A DNA stretch of 64,000 bases from the human T2T-CHM13v2.0 reference genome, Homo sapiens. The notes under the pieces were generated by a model that was not told the DNA's origin, did not search any database, and was given only the letters and a program-made list of their open reading frames with translations. The DNA lies in assembly GCF_009914755.1 (NCBI RefSeq), contig NC_060933.1; one strand, 5' to 3'. Within the stretch, counting starts at the first letter, position 1. Every line of letters starts with the position of its first letter. Below, in pieces: positions 42,381 through 55,058 of this stretch. A program made the translations under genes and the position numbers.

Positions 42381-43773
42381 GAAATATGTTTCTTTTATGC
42401 CTAGTTTGTTGAGAGTTTTATCATGAAGAAATGTAGAACTTCATAAAATGCTTTTTCTGTATCTATTGAGATGGTCATATGGTTTTTGCCCTTCATTCTG
42501 TTCTGTGATGTCTCACATATATTAATTTGTGCGTGTTGAACCATCCTTGTATCTGTGATATAAATTCCATTTGATCATGCTATACTGTCTTTTTGATGTG
42601 CAGTTAAAAATAGTTTTCTAGTATTTGGTTGAGGATTTTTGCATCTACGTTCATTAGGGATATTGGCCTACAGTTTTGTTGTTGTTGTTGTGTCCTTGAA
42701 TGGCTGTGGCATCAGGAAGATACTGGCCTCATAGAATGAGTTAGATAGGATTTTCTTCTCTTCATTTTTTTTTTTTTGAAATAGATATAGAAGTACTGTA
42801 TTAATATTTCTGAGTACATTTGGTAGGATTTGGCCATGCATCTCTCAGGTCCTGGGTTTTTCTTTGTAGGGAGGCTTTTTAATATTTAATCACTCTCACC
42901 ATTTTTTATTGCTCTGTTCTGATTTTCTATTTATTATTAATTCAGTCTTGGTAGCTTATATGTTTCCATAAACTTATCAATTTTTACATACATTCCAGTT
43001 TGTTAGCATATAGTTGTTCTTAATAGTCTCTTATGATCTTTTATCTTTCTGTAGTACCAGTTGTAATGTATCCTTTTTTATTTCTGATTTTGTTTATCTG
43101 AATCTTCTCTCTTCTTGGTTAGTCTAGCTAGTGACTTAACAATTTTGTTTATCTTTTCAAATAACCAGCTTTATATTTTATTGTACTGTGTATATTCTTA
43201 GGTTTTACTACACTTAGTTCTGCTCTGATCTCTCTTATTACCTTTCTCCACAAATCTGGGGTTTAATTTGTTCTTGTTTCTATTTCCTTGAGTTACAGTG
43301 TTAGATTGTTAATTTGTAATTTTTCTGCTCTTTTGATGTAGGCATTTATAGCTGTAAACTTTCCTCTTGGAACCACTTTTGCTGTATCCTATAGCTTTCA
43401 GTATATTTTGTTTCAATTTTTCTTTCAAGAATATGTTTTAAACATTTTTATTTAATTTCTTCATTGACCCAGTGGTCATTCAGCATTTTGTTATTTAATT
43501 TTCATGCATTTGTATAGTTTCCAGAGTTCCTCTTGGTGTTCCTTTTTAGTCTTATTCCTTTGTTGTCTGAGAAGATATTTGATATTATGATTTTAAAAAA
43601 TTGTTGAGACTTGTGTCGCCTAATATAATAGTCTATCCTGGAGAATGTTGTGTGTACTAATGAAAATAATGCATATTCTGCAGTTCTTGGATAAAATGTT
43701 CTGTAAATGTCTATTAATTCCATTTAATCTAACATCCAGTTTAAATCAAATGCTCCTTTGTTGATTTTATGTA

Positions 43774-43995
43774 TATAGTGGGAGACTCATGTAATTAATT
43801 ACAGTGGAAACTATAATTGTGGGATCAACAAAGAAATATGATATGTGGAAGTCTCCCACAATTATAGTTCCCACGATAATTACATAAGTCTCCCACTATA
43901 ATTTTGGGAGACTTCCACACATTATGATTCTTTGGTACAATGTACCTGAGTAATGTATCACCATAGTGATGTGTGAAAGTCTCCCACTATAATTG
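43774..43995. repeat. Nested inverted-repeat cluster within L1 ORF2
   Basis: Five copies of agtctccca or its reverse complement; ~50-bp inverted arms at 43774-43824 and 43854-43900. Confidence 0.9.
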
Positions 43996-45621
43996 TATTG
44001 CAGTTTGTCTGTCTCTTTTGATCTATAATAGTAATAGTTGCTTAATAAAGCTGAATGGTCCAGTTTGTTGGGTGCATATATATTTGGAATTGTTATATTC
44101 TCTTGATGGATTATTACCTTTGTCATTATGTAATGACCTTCTTTGTCTTACTTTGCTGTTCTTGATTTAAGTCTGTTTTATTCTATATGAGTATGGCTAC
44201 TCCTTCTCACTTTTAGTTTCTGTTTGCATGGAATAACCTTTTCCATCATTTTCCTTTCAGTTTATATGTATCTTCATTTTAAGGTGAGTTTCTTCTCAGC
44301 AGCATGTAAAAGGATTACATTTTTAAATTTATTCAGCCATTCTATATCTTTTAAGTGCAGAATTTAGTCTGTTTACATTCAAGGTTATTATTGATATGTG
44401 AGGGTTTGTCCCTGTCATATTGTTGACTGTCTTCTGGTTGTTGTATACATTCTTTCTTTCTTTCTTTTTCTCTTATTGTTTATCATTGTGTTTTGGTAAA
44501 TTTCTACAGTGGCACTACTGGAATCCTTTTGTTTCCTCCTTTATGTGATTGTCTTACCAGTGAGATTTATGCTTCCATATGTTTTCATGATGGTAAATAT
44601 CCACCTTTTGCTTACAAGTTTAAGACTCTAAAACATTTCTTGTAGGGCTGACATAGTGGTGAAAAATTCTGTCATCATCTGCTTGTCTGGAAAAGAACAT
44701 TATTTCTCCTTCATTTATTAAGGTTAATTTTGCTGGATGTATATACTTGCTTGACAGTTTTGTTTTTGTTTTGTTTTGTTTTTCTTTCAGCACTTTGAAT
44801 GTATCATTCTATTCTCTTCTGGCTTGTAAGGTTTCTGCTGAGAAATTTGCTGGTAGTTTGTCAGGTTTTTCTTTTCAGGTGATTAGGCACTTTTCACTTG
44901 CCATGTTTAGGAATCACTTTTTGTTTTTGAATTTAGACAGTGATTATAAAGTTTTCTGGAGGTGACTTTTTTTTACATTGTATTTGCCTGGGGATCATTG
45001 AGCCTTCTGTATTCAAATATTAAATCTCTTTTTAGATTTGAGATGTTTTCATCTATTACTTTATTAAATAGCTTCCCTAATCCCTTTATTTTCTCTTCAT
45101 CCTTGGGGATACTGATAATTTTTACATTTGGTCACTTTATGATGTACCAAATTTTACAAAGGCTTTGCTCATGTTTTAATTCTCCTTTTTTTATTTATGT
45201 CTGACTGGATTATTTCAAAAACCTGTCTTCAAGCTCTGAGAGTCTTACTTCTGCTTAATTTAGTTGATTGTAGAAGCTTTCAAATGTATTTTGTATTTCT
45301 TTCAATAAATTCTTCATCCCAATAATTTATATTTGATTTTTTTAAATGATCTATTTGGTAAATTTCTCATTTATATCCTTTTTTTATTTTTGTGTTATTT
45401 TTTAGCATTCTCTTCTATTTCCTTAGGTTTCCTTATAAGTATTAATTGTTTTCTATTTGAATAGCTTTAGGGCTATAAGTGGTTTTTGATTACTAGATGA
45501 ATTGTACTGTTGTGAAGTCTAGAATTTTAGTGTACTCACCACCTGAGTAGTGGACATTGTACCCAATAGGTAGTTTCGCATCCCTTATGGCTCTTCCAAC
45601 CCTTCCCCCTTCTGAGTCTTT

Positions 45622-45923
45622 TGTTTGTTTGTTTGTTTGTTTTTGAGACAGGGTCTTGCTCTGTTACCCAGGCTGGAGTGCGGTGGCATGATCTCGGCTC
45701 ACTGCAACATCCGCCTCCTGGGTTCAAGTGATTCTCATGCCTCAGCCTCCTGAGTAGCTGGGACTACAGATATGCACCGCCATGCCCAGCTAAGTTTTGT
45801 ATTTTTAGTAGAGACGGAATTTCACCATGCTACCCAGGCTGTTCTCGAAATCCTGACCTCAAGTGGTATGTCCACCTTAGGCTCCAAAAGTGCTGGACTT
45901 ACAGGTGTAAGCCACCATGGCTT
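45622..45923 (-). mobile_element. AluS (Sx/Sz-like)
   Basis: (TTTG)n tail; 13-bp TSD cttctgagtcttt (45609-45621, 45924-45936). Confidence 0.93.
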
Positions 45924-46127
45924 CTTCTGAGTCTTTGATGTTCATTTTACCACTCTGTATGTTTTTGTGGACTGATAGCTTAGCTCCCACTTACAAGTGA
46001 GAACATGTGGTATTTGTTTTTAGATATCTGAGTTATTTCACTTAGAATAATATTCTTCAGTTCCATACAAGTTGCTGCAAAAATATTGTTTTATACTTTT
46101 TTATGGCTGAGTAGTAGTCCATGGTGT

Positions 46128-46207
46128 TTGTGTGTGTGTGTGTAGTAGCAGTAGTAGTAGTATTCCATGGTGTGTGTGTGTGTGTGTGTGTGTATGCATA
46201 TATATAT
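46128..46207. repeat. Compound (TG)n/(TAG)n/(TG)n/(TA)n microsatellite
   Basis: Seen directly. Confidence 0.85.
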
Positions 46208-49200
46208 AAAATCACATTTTCTTTTTCCACTTATCAGGTTGATTCCATATATTTACAATTGTGTGTTGTGACGTGACTAACATATGCATGCAGGTGTCTT
46301 TTTCATAGAGTGACTTCTTTTCTTTTCAGTAGATACCCAGTAATGTGACTGCCAGATTGAATGGTAGATTTAGTTTTAGTTCTTTGCAAAATGTCCATAC
46401 CATTTTTTTTTTCCATAGAAGTTGTACTAATTTACATTTCCACCAGAAGCATATAAGCATTCCTTTTTCAACACATCCATGCCAATATCTGTCGTTTTTT
46501 GACTTTTTAATTATGGTCATTCTGGCTGGGGTAAGGTGATGCCTTGTTGCAGTTTAAATGAGCATTTACCTGATGACTAGTGATGTTGAACATTTTTTCA
46601 TATGTTTGTCAGCCGTTTGTATATCTTCTTTGAGAAATATCTATTCATGTTTCTTGCCTACTTTTTAATGAGATTATTATTTTCTATTGAGTTTTTTCAG
46701 TTTCTTGTAAATTCTAGATATTAGTCCTATACAGGAGCATAATTTGGAAACATTTTTTCCCATTCTATAGGTCATATGCTCACTCTTATGATTTTTTTGC
46801 AGTGCAGAAGCTTTTTAGTTTAAGTCCCATTCATTTATTTTTGTTTTTGTTTCATTTGTTTTTAGGGGCTTACTCATAAATTCCTTGCATACACCAATGC
46901 CCAGAAGTTTTTTTTTCTTCTTCTTCTCGTAGAATTTGTATACGTTCAGGTCTTAAATCTAAGTCATTAATCCATCTTGAGTTAGTTTTTGCATATGGTG
47001 AGAAATAGGGATCCAGTTTTATTCTTCTATATGTGGCTATCCAGTTTTCCTAGCATCATTTATTAAGTAGGGTGTCCTTTTCCCAATGTGTACTTTTGTA
47101 TGCTTTGTTAAAGATCAGTTGGTTGTAACTATTGGGCTCTATTTCTGGGTTCTCTATTCTGTTCCGTTGGTCATTGTGTCACCTTTTATACCAGCACCAT
47201 GCTGTTTTGGTTATTGTAGCCTCATAGTATAATGTGAAGTCAGGTAATATGATGCCTACAGATATTCTTTTTGCTTAGGATTGCTTTGGCTATTTGGGCT
47301 CTTTCTTGGTTCCATATAAATGGTAGGATTTTTTTTAATTCTATGTAATATGATGCTGGTGTTTTGATATGAATCGCATTGAATCTGTAGATTGCTTTGA
47401 GCAGTAAGGTCACTTTAATGACCATTTTGGTTCTTCTGATCCATAAGCATGGGAATATTTTCATTTCTTTGTATTATCTATTATTTCTTTCAGCAGTCCC
47501 ACCCCCCAACAGGCCCCCATGTGTGATGTTCCCCGCCCTGTGTCCAAGTGTTCTCATTGTTTGGAATTGAGTTCTTGATTAAATTCTCAGCTTTGTCATT
47601 GTTGGTGTATAGCAGTGCTACTGATTTGTGTACCTTGATTTCATAATCTTAAAATCGGTATTTATAATTCTTGATTTGAGATATTATTAATTTATTTTTT
47701 TATTGTGATTTCTTGCTGGAGATTTGTTGTTCCTTTGTTTGTGTCATATTTTCTGGCTTTTTCATGTTTCCTGTGTCTTTATGTTGGTATTGTGCGTATG
47801 GTGTAACAGTTGCTTCATATAATTCTTTGAAATTGTTTTCACAGGAGAGGATTTTTTCTTTAAGTTGTATATATATTGCTATTTGTGTAGGGTGCTTGGA
47901 TGTGATTTTGGGTGCCTCAGTAGCACGACCTCTGTATGATTTTTTTCAGCATTACACAGCATCAGTGGTATCTGTGATTTCCTTGGTTATTTAGGGTGCA
48001 GTTATTAGTGGAGGCTGTGATGATGTTTCCTGGAGACTAATATGCCAGCACGGTCAGTCTTTGGTTCCAGAGGTAGTAGTCATTGGCTATGTATGCCTGT
48101 TTTTTGGCCCCAGACCGACTTACGCTGGCATTGTGTTAGTAGGTCCTAGAGGGTCAATTCTTGGGCCTTCAGGTGGCTGGTTTGGATGTTCATAGAGGGA
48201 GTGGTGGGCTGAGTATGTTGGTGGGTTCTCAGGCTTCTGTGCAGTTTGTGTGTTGTGAGTGTTGGCAGTAGTGGTAGTGGAACAACCTACCTGAACCCAG
48301 GCAGTCCGTGCTGATGTTGGTGGTTAATGCAACAGTTTGAGCAAGTCATTACCCTGGCAGGCTGGTAGCACATGTGGGTGGCTATCAGCTGTGGTGGTGT
48401 CAGTAGGTTGGGTTGGCTTGACTTCAGATCTCAGTAGGAGTGATCGGATGCCAACAGTGGAGAAATGGGCTGGGCAATTCCTAGGCCTCTGATGGCATAC
48501 TTGAGTCCTGAGGGGATGAAACTGGACCAGCAGACATATCCTGAGGTCCCTTGGCAGTCTGTTCAGGCACCATTTATGATAGGCAGAGATGGTCATCCCC
48601 AGGCCGCCTTTGGAATGCTCAGGTATGTGCCGTGGTGGCTATGCTATGGACCTACTACCAGGGAGGGCAGGGCCCCTGTCAGCTGGAGCAGTGTGAGAAA
48701 GTAGCTGAGGGAGTGCAGTCTGCTCATTCCTAGGTTTCACAGCAGCCTGTAGCAGAGCACTGGTATTTGTCCAAGGGGTGTGTGGGAATGCCTGTTTCCC
48801 CTCTCTTCCTTGACCTAGTCGCTGGCAGTGACAAAAGCCATGTCAGTCTGGCCTTATGGCAGGACATAGACCTCCAGGAGCTAGGCTCTCAGAATGGTGC
48901 CAAGCCAAAGCTGCTCCTGGCTCAGATTCCTGTGGGACTCCGCATGAGTTCCCTTTCTGGGGCAATGTCTCTGTGCAATCTCTAGGCAGCTCCTTATGTT
49001 AGTCCCAAGGATCATTCAGTGATTTTTAATAGATGATTCTGGATATTTTATTATCTATTTATATTTTAATATGTCACTTTGTATTTGACTAATTTTACTT
49101 TGATATTTTTTATTTTAGAGAATATTTATTAATATATCCAGAGATATTAATTTTCTATAGAAAATTACTACCAGATTTAGACACATGTCAGCTTAGCACA

Positions 49201-50258
49201 GTTTGTAATCCTTTCTTTGTGTTTGAATTTGTCTAAAATGTGGAAGAGCTAATATTTTTAAATGCAGGGCAGATGGTAGGTCACACAATAAGAAACCGAG
49301 AATATTAAAGCAGAAGCAATGAAGAAGTTAATTATTGGCCACTTACACCCAACAGTAAGCTTTTATAATCAGATAGTAACAAAAATGTTAAGTATATACA
49401 AATGGAAGTTTTGAGATAAATTATAAATTATTAGAAATATTTTAAAAGAAATTATAAGCAGTCGTGTAGAGCAAAGCAATTTGGATATCTAATCAGTAGA
49501 GTAAGTAATGGTGGTGCAGAAGGATAGGAATACATGAATGGTCAAGTCTGAGTAATTTAAAATTTTAATTAGCAATATTCCTGGTAGTGACAACATCTAG
49601 TTTGCCCTTGGTGATAAAAATCACCTGCTTGCTTTGCCTCACTTTCTCTGATTGTCAATAGGTAATACCAGTTATGCTTTGAAAATTTATAGAAAAAGCA
49701 TTGTTCATCATCTAAAAAACTTTTATACATATATTGATGACTACAAGCTATGAACAGTTAAAGCTCTAAATTGTATAAATCAAGATTTTCCCCATAGAAA
49801 ATTGATTAAAATTTAATTTATGCAGGCTTTACTAACATCATGATTGTCCATCTCTTCTTTTCTAATGTGTTTCCTATAAATAAGCATAATATATAACTTA
49901 ATTATAAATATGTATATATATGCATTGGGCCAATAGGTAAATGAAGTATAGTCATTGGAATATCAATACTGTATTTCTAAATATAAGTTAGCAGATTTTT
50001 TTTCAGGTCACAGGGCCCAAAATTTGAGAGTACCTTACTATACCCGCCCAACTAGAGATAACCAGTATTTTCACAGCTATGGTAACTGTTCACTCTTACT
50101 TTTACAACCTAGGTATGCATTGGTAAGTATTAATTTTTTTCTCTATTTGTACTTAATAAAAATTGATTTAATCTTTGTGTCATATTTTTTGGTCATGGCT
50201 CTTTTCATTTCCATCTTATGTTTTTATAATTCATTCATGTTTTTATATGCATAAAAAG

Positions 50259-50761
50259 TTTCACGCACGTCCGTGTGAAGAGACCACCAAACAGGCTGTG
50301 TGTGAGCAATAAAGCTTTTTAATCACCTGGGTGCGGGCGGGCTGAGTCCGAAAAGAGAGTCAGCGAAGGGAGATAAGGGTGGGACTGTTTTATAGGATTT
50401 GGGTAGATAAAGGAAAATTATGGTCAAAAGGGATTTGTTCTCTGGCGGGCAGGAGTGGGGGTCGCAAGGTGCTCAGTGGGGGAGCTTTTTGAGCCAGGAT
50501 GAGCCAGGAAAAGGACTTTCACAAGATAATGTCATCACTTAAGACAAGGACCGGCCATTTTCACTTCTTTTATGGTGGAATGTCATCAATTAAGGCAAGG
50601 ACCGGCCATATTCACTTCTTTTGTGGTGGAATATCATCAGTTAAGGTGGGGCAGGGCATTTTCACTTCTTTTGTGATTCTTCAGTTACTTCAGGCCACCT
50701 GGGCGTATACGTGCAAGTCACAGGGGATGCACTGGCTTGGCTTGGGCTCAGAGGCCTGACA
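50259..50761 (-). mobile_element. Solo LTR7 (HERV-H LTR)
   Basis: Minus strand begins tgtcaggcctctgagcccaagccaagcc; TATA-like cctataaaa (~50388-50396); 5-bp TSD AAAAG (50254-50258, 50762-50766); CpGs largely retained. Confidence 0.95.
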
Positions 50762-52096
50762 AAAAGTAATAAGACTAATTAGCTAATATATCTTATTTCT
50801 TTGTAGAATAGCTTTGTAAGCAAAAACTCAAAACAGAAAAAGTAAAACTGTGGTTGCTCTTGGTAGCTGGATGAGGTGGTGCTGGGTTTTCCCTCTGCAT
50901 TAATCTTCCAAACCAGAGTATAGTCTACTTCTACATACTAGCTGGCTTACACAGCCTAAATGTCCTTTTTCTCTTTTTGTTATTCTTTGAGGATGAATGC
51001 CATATTCTAGGGCTTATACTGCCAACTGGCTTCTATAACTCACTGGCAAGAATGAACATCATGTACTGTAAGTCTAGAAATAGACTTTGAAGTCAGTGTC
51101 CTCACTCTGGAGGGCAAATATCAAAGCTGATTTGGTTGGCAATCCAGAAATATAAAATTCTACCATGGTTACCACATAGGAGTGAATTCTATTCTATTTG
51201 ATGTCTATTATCTCCTCATTTGGTCTGGAAGGAAAAGAAGAAGTTCAGCGATAAATATTATTAGTATAAAGTATTTTAAAATTTGTAAAAACTTGAGGTA
51301 AAATTTTTTAAAAAAAGGATTTCATATCTTCCCTCTCATTAGTCGCTAGGTATTTACAGTATTGATGCAGTAAGTAAGTGACCTACAAGGTTAAAACAAA
51401 GGTTTAAAGTTAATAGTTAAGTAAAAAAGGTTATTTTCTGTCATGAGAAAACCCATACTATTAATATTTCTGGATCAATATTGTAAACATAATAATATGA
51501 TATAGTTCATGTATTTAAATTTTCAGATAAGTATGAACATTAGGCATGTGTACATAAGGTACATTTATGTTCAGATACAGATACATGTATCTGAATTGAG
51601 GAGAGAATATAATTCTAAATTTTCCCTGAATTGTTTTCTGATTTTGCTTTACATCTCTTTATTTCACATTTCAAAAGGAGAAATCCCATTAAATGTAATT
51701 CTGGCTTCCACAAGTATGTGGTAAGATTTTTTATTCCTGTTTAGCTTAATGTGTTTAATTAAGTAAAACACGAAAAAAAATCAGCTATCAAAAATGAGGC
51801 AAAAACATGCAATTAAAATAACTTTGCTCGGCAATATTTATTTTAAAATATGTTGCCTTGAAAAATATTGTTAAGTTTGAGATCAAAAAACACTTCTAAA
51901 TCTTGAAATACATCTACTCATGTTTAAACTGTATTTTATATATTTTTATAATGTTTCATTAAGGTATTAGCATTATTTTATTATTTCATTTGTCTCTACC
52001 CACATATAGAATACAAATAAAGTTATCAAGGTGTTATTAATTTATCATTTACAAAGGGCTTTCTTATATACATATTTCTCCTTTTATTTCAAACAG

Positions 52097-52193
52097 CTTA
52101 CCATTCTCCCTTTACCACTCTTTCTAGTCAACTTTTCTCTTTTCTCCTAAATGACTTACCATTCTCCCATTACCACTCTTTCTAGTCAACTTT
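52097..52193. repeat. 39-bp direct repeat pair with a 19-bp spacer
   Basis: 52097-52135 vs 52155-52193, one mismatch. Confidence 0.9.
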
Positions 52194-55058
52194 ACAGTTT
52201 GTCTAGGATCAAATGAGATTTTTTTTCATTTGATCCAGGGTGTTCATAAATGATTGAAACCTCCAAGAATGTGGCATATAGCTTTCTCAGCTGCGTCTGC
52301 AATGATTGTATGAAAATATCATTCTGTTCTCATTGTTATTGATGTGGTCATTGTTGCCAATCAGGAGAGAATTATTAGATTCATAATGATCCTAATCTTC
52401 TGAGCCTTCAAGAGACTTTAAAAATCTTTATTTATTCTCTTCTTATTCACTGTGACATTTCCTCACTGGTTATCATTTTTAAAAAAGTGCAATAAAGTTC
52501 TAAGCAGAGTCTTTTCCAAGCCTCTATTTTCTTAAGAAAAAGAAACACATTTCAGCCTAAAACCCAGAAATTTCTGACAAAAACTAATACCCTGGCTTGA
52601 GCTTTAACTAGAGGAAATAGCCTCCTTAGAGAAAATTGAAAGTTTAAGCACATTCAGATAGGATTAATAAAAAGTTGCATTAAGTGCTACAGCTAGTTAT
52701 AATTTTCACATAAAGTACTTTCATTTGATTATCATCTTGATTTCGTATAAAATGAACATATTATCATTGTCACCATATATTAAATGAGTATACAAGGCCC
52801 TCAGTTACTGTAGTTTGCACAAAGACAGTGACTGGTGAAAATGAAACTCCAAAGGCATATAAACAGAGCAAAAGACAGAGGGAATATTTGAGATTCTAAG
52901 GTTGTCTTCCTACCAATGGAAGAACCATATATTAGAGGAGTCAGGAATCTCATATTGAAATAACAGAAGCCACAGATGTTTTAACTCAATCAAGAAAATG
53001 CCGTATGTCTGTTGCAATGGAATATATGGAAATTTACCTTTATATGCACACTTTGCTTCCTTGAAGTAACAATGCTTGTTGGTTGCTACAGCTGTCACAA
53101 AAAAGCTTGCCAGAAGATCCAGGAGTTTTCAGAGCTTTAATACTTCTTTTAAGAGAAAAATGTACAATAATAGAGAGGACATAGTGGCTTGTTGGCATAA
53201 AAAGTCACAGCACAGTACCATCTATCTTGTGGTCCCTAACGTCAGGAATAGGACACCTCCTTAGGACTAAATCTAAATCTATGGCTCTGGCTTAGAATGA
53301 TAAAGGAATGATCTAAGAGGTGACAGCCACAAAAGAAAATATCTCTATATTACAGAATTGAAGAATTCCAGATTTATCCACAATAGCTAATAATGTCTGG
53401 AAAACTCTTAGGCTAGCAAATGAAGAAGAAAAAAATCAAGCTGGCCACAGATGTCCAGAATATGCACCTTCATTTATTGTGCAGTCACGTAAGAGGAATG
53501 ATCTCTCCAGAAGGTACAATATGAATGATTAAAGCTCTCTTTAATGCTCCAAACTACTTCCAGAGCTCAGTGGGAACTGTATTCTGTACTTCTGAATAAA
53601 AATTGAGTAAATATAAGTGCATAATTTTTTCTTGTTAGACCACATCCTTAAATTTTTTCTATATTTTTTATCAAATAAAGGATCACTATTTTCTTTTTTC
53701 TCCCAAATATTATGGATACTATATCTATATAATTTAAGACAACAAGAGTACCCAAGTTTTATTATTGTATAAAATAATTTCACCTACTCTAAATATAGGA
53801 TGAATTGTCTTTCATCTCTTCAGAGAAAGGTAAAAAAAATTTTCTTTGTTAATTTAAATATATATTTAGCTAAGTGAATTCTATTGACTTTTTCTGTGTT
53901 GGCATCAAAGTGAAGAAGAAATTGTTGGGTATGGATGGACCTTAAAGCACATCTTTGAAAGTAAGAGAGTTAATCTCTTTTCTAGCTGATGGAGAACAGA
54001 AAAATAAAAAATGGTGCCTCCAGATAATTGGAAGTAATATGGAAGCTGATTATGGAAGGTTTCAGAAAATAGAAAAAGCCAGTGGATATTTGGGATTATA
54101 GTCTTATCATGAAACCAAATAATGATATCTGGGAGTGAGGGCAAGAAATTTAAAAAAAAAAGAAAAGAATTTGATTATGAATATAAAAATCTGCTATCCT
54201 AGTTATGAAGTTTTTCTCAATTATAGCAAGTTTCTTTACTTGAATATTATTTGCATGGCAAAGCCATAATTCAGAATAGAAACTCAATAAATAACTTTGG
54301 GGAGAAAAAAGGAGGGAAATCAAGAAAGTGAAAGTGAGCGAGACAGAAAAGAAATAAAATAAAACCCCTTAACTGCTGAGCATCCCAAAATTTTTTTGTG
54401 TTTTCTTGACCCAGAATTATCCCTGATACCTTTCTGTTATTTCTCCTCACTATATCCTTCCTTGAGTAATACAGAAACAATTTTGCATTCTGTCCCCATC
54501 TTCCTCCACTTACATATTTCCCTCTTTTTGCAAAACACTGCAAGTTGGAAAATTTAGTGAAGAATAAACTCTTGTCTATGCTTGACCAGTTCTAAGTCAG
54601 CAGCCACTGATAGACTTGATGGCATTCCCTCTGCAGGTGGAAAGGTAACAGACAAATTACCAGATCATTTAATCAGATCGTACAATACGTAAAGGCAGTA
54701 TTTGGTTTGTTGATTAATGGAAGCACTGAACTAAGAAAAGAGGATATGAACTGATTCTTACAGATACTTTTTTTCCCTGAAATCACCAGATTATAAAACC
54801 TAATCAAAAGAGAGCCAACATCTTTTACGTGAGAAAAATTCTAGAACCAAATCTGACTGCATGCATTCCCCAGTGAATGAATCCAGTGAGTGCTGGAACA
54901 ACTGCTCACCATGCTGGCATCCTTTCCAATAAGTAATTTATTTACCTTGAGGGCTGATTACTAAAATTATTGTTTTATAGTGTCTATTTTTGTTTTCATA
55001 TTTTAAAAGTATTTTTAAGAAGCTAAAACTTACCTTTCACTCTAAATCTCTTTACACT

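Larger units (their letters stand above)
45445..47650 (-). mobile_element. L1PB-type 3' fragment inserted into the older L1
   Basis: New L1 3' UTR starts ~45445 ('ggtttttgattactagatgaattgta...ttgtacccaataggtag'); ORF2 sequence to ~47650, then the host L1 resumes. Confidence 0.8.

Noticed and set aside
50528-50674. Regularly spaced repeats resembling a CRISPR array
   Set aside because: Contiguous LTR7 U3 tandem units without unique spacers, in a primate genome
54637-54644. Possible 8-nt micro-exon (ctctgcag|GTGGAAAG|gtaaca)
   Set aside because: Frame-shifting length, weak donor, no host gene evident; likely coincidence
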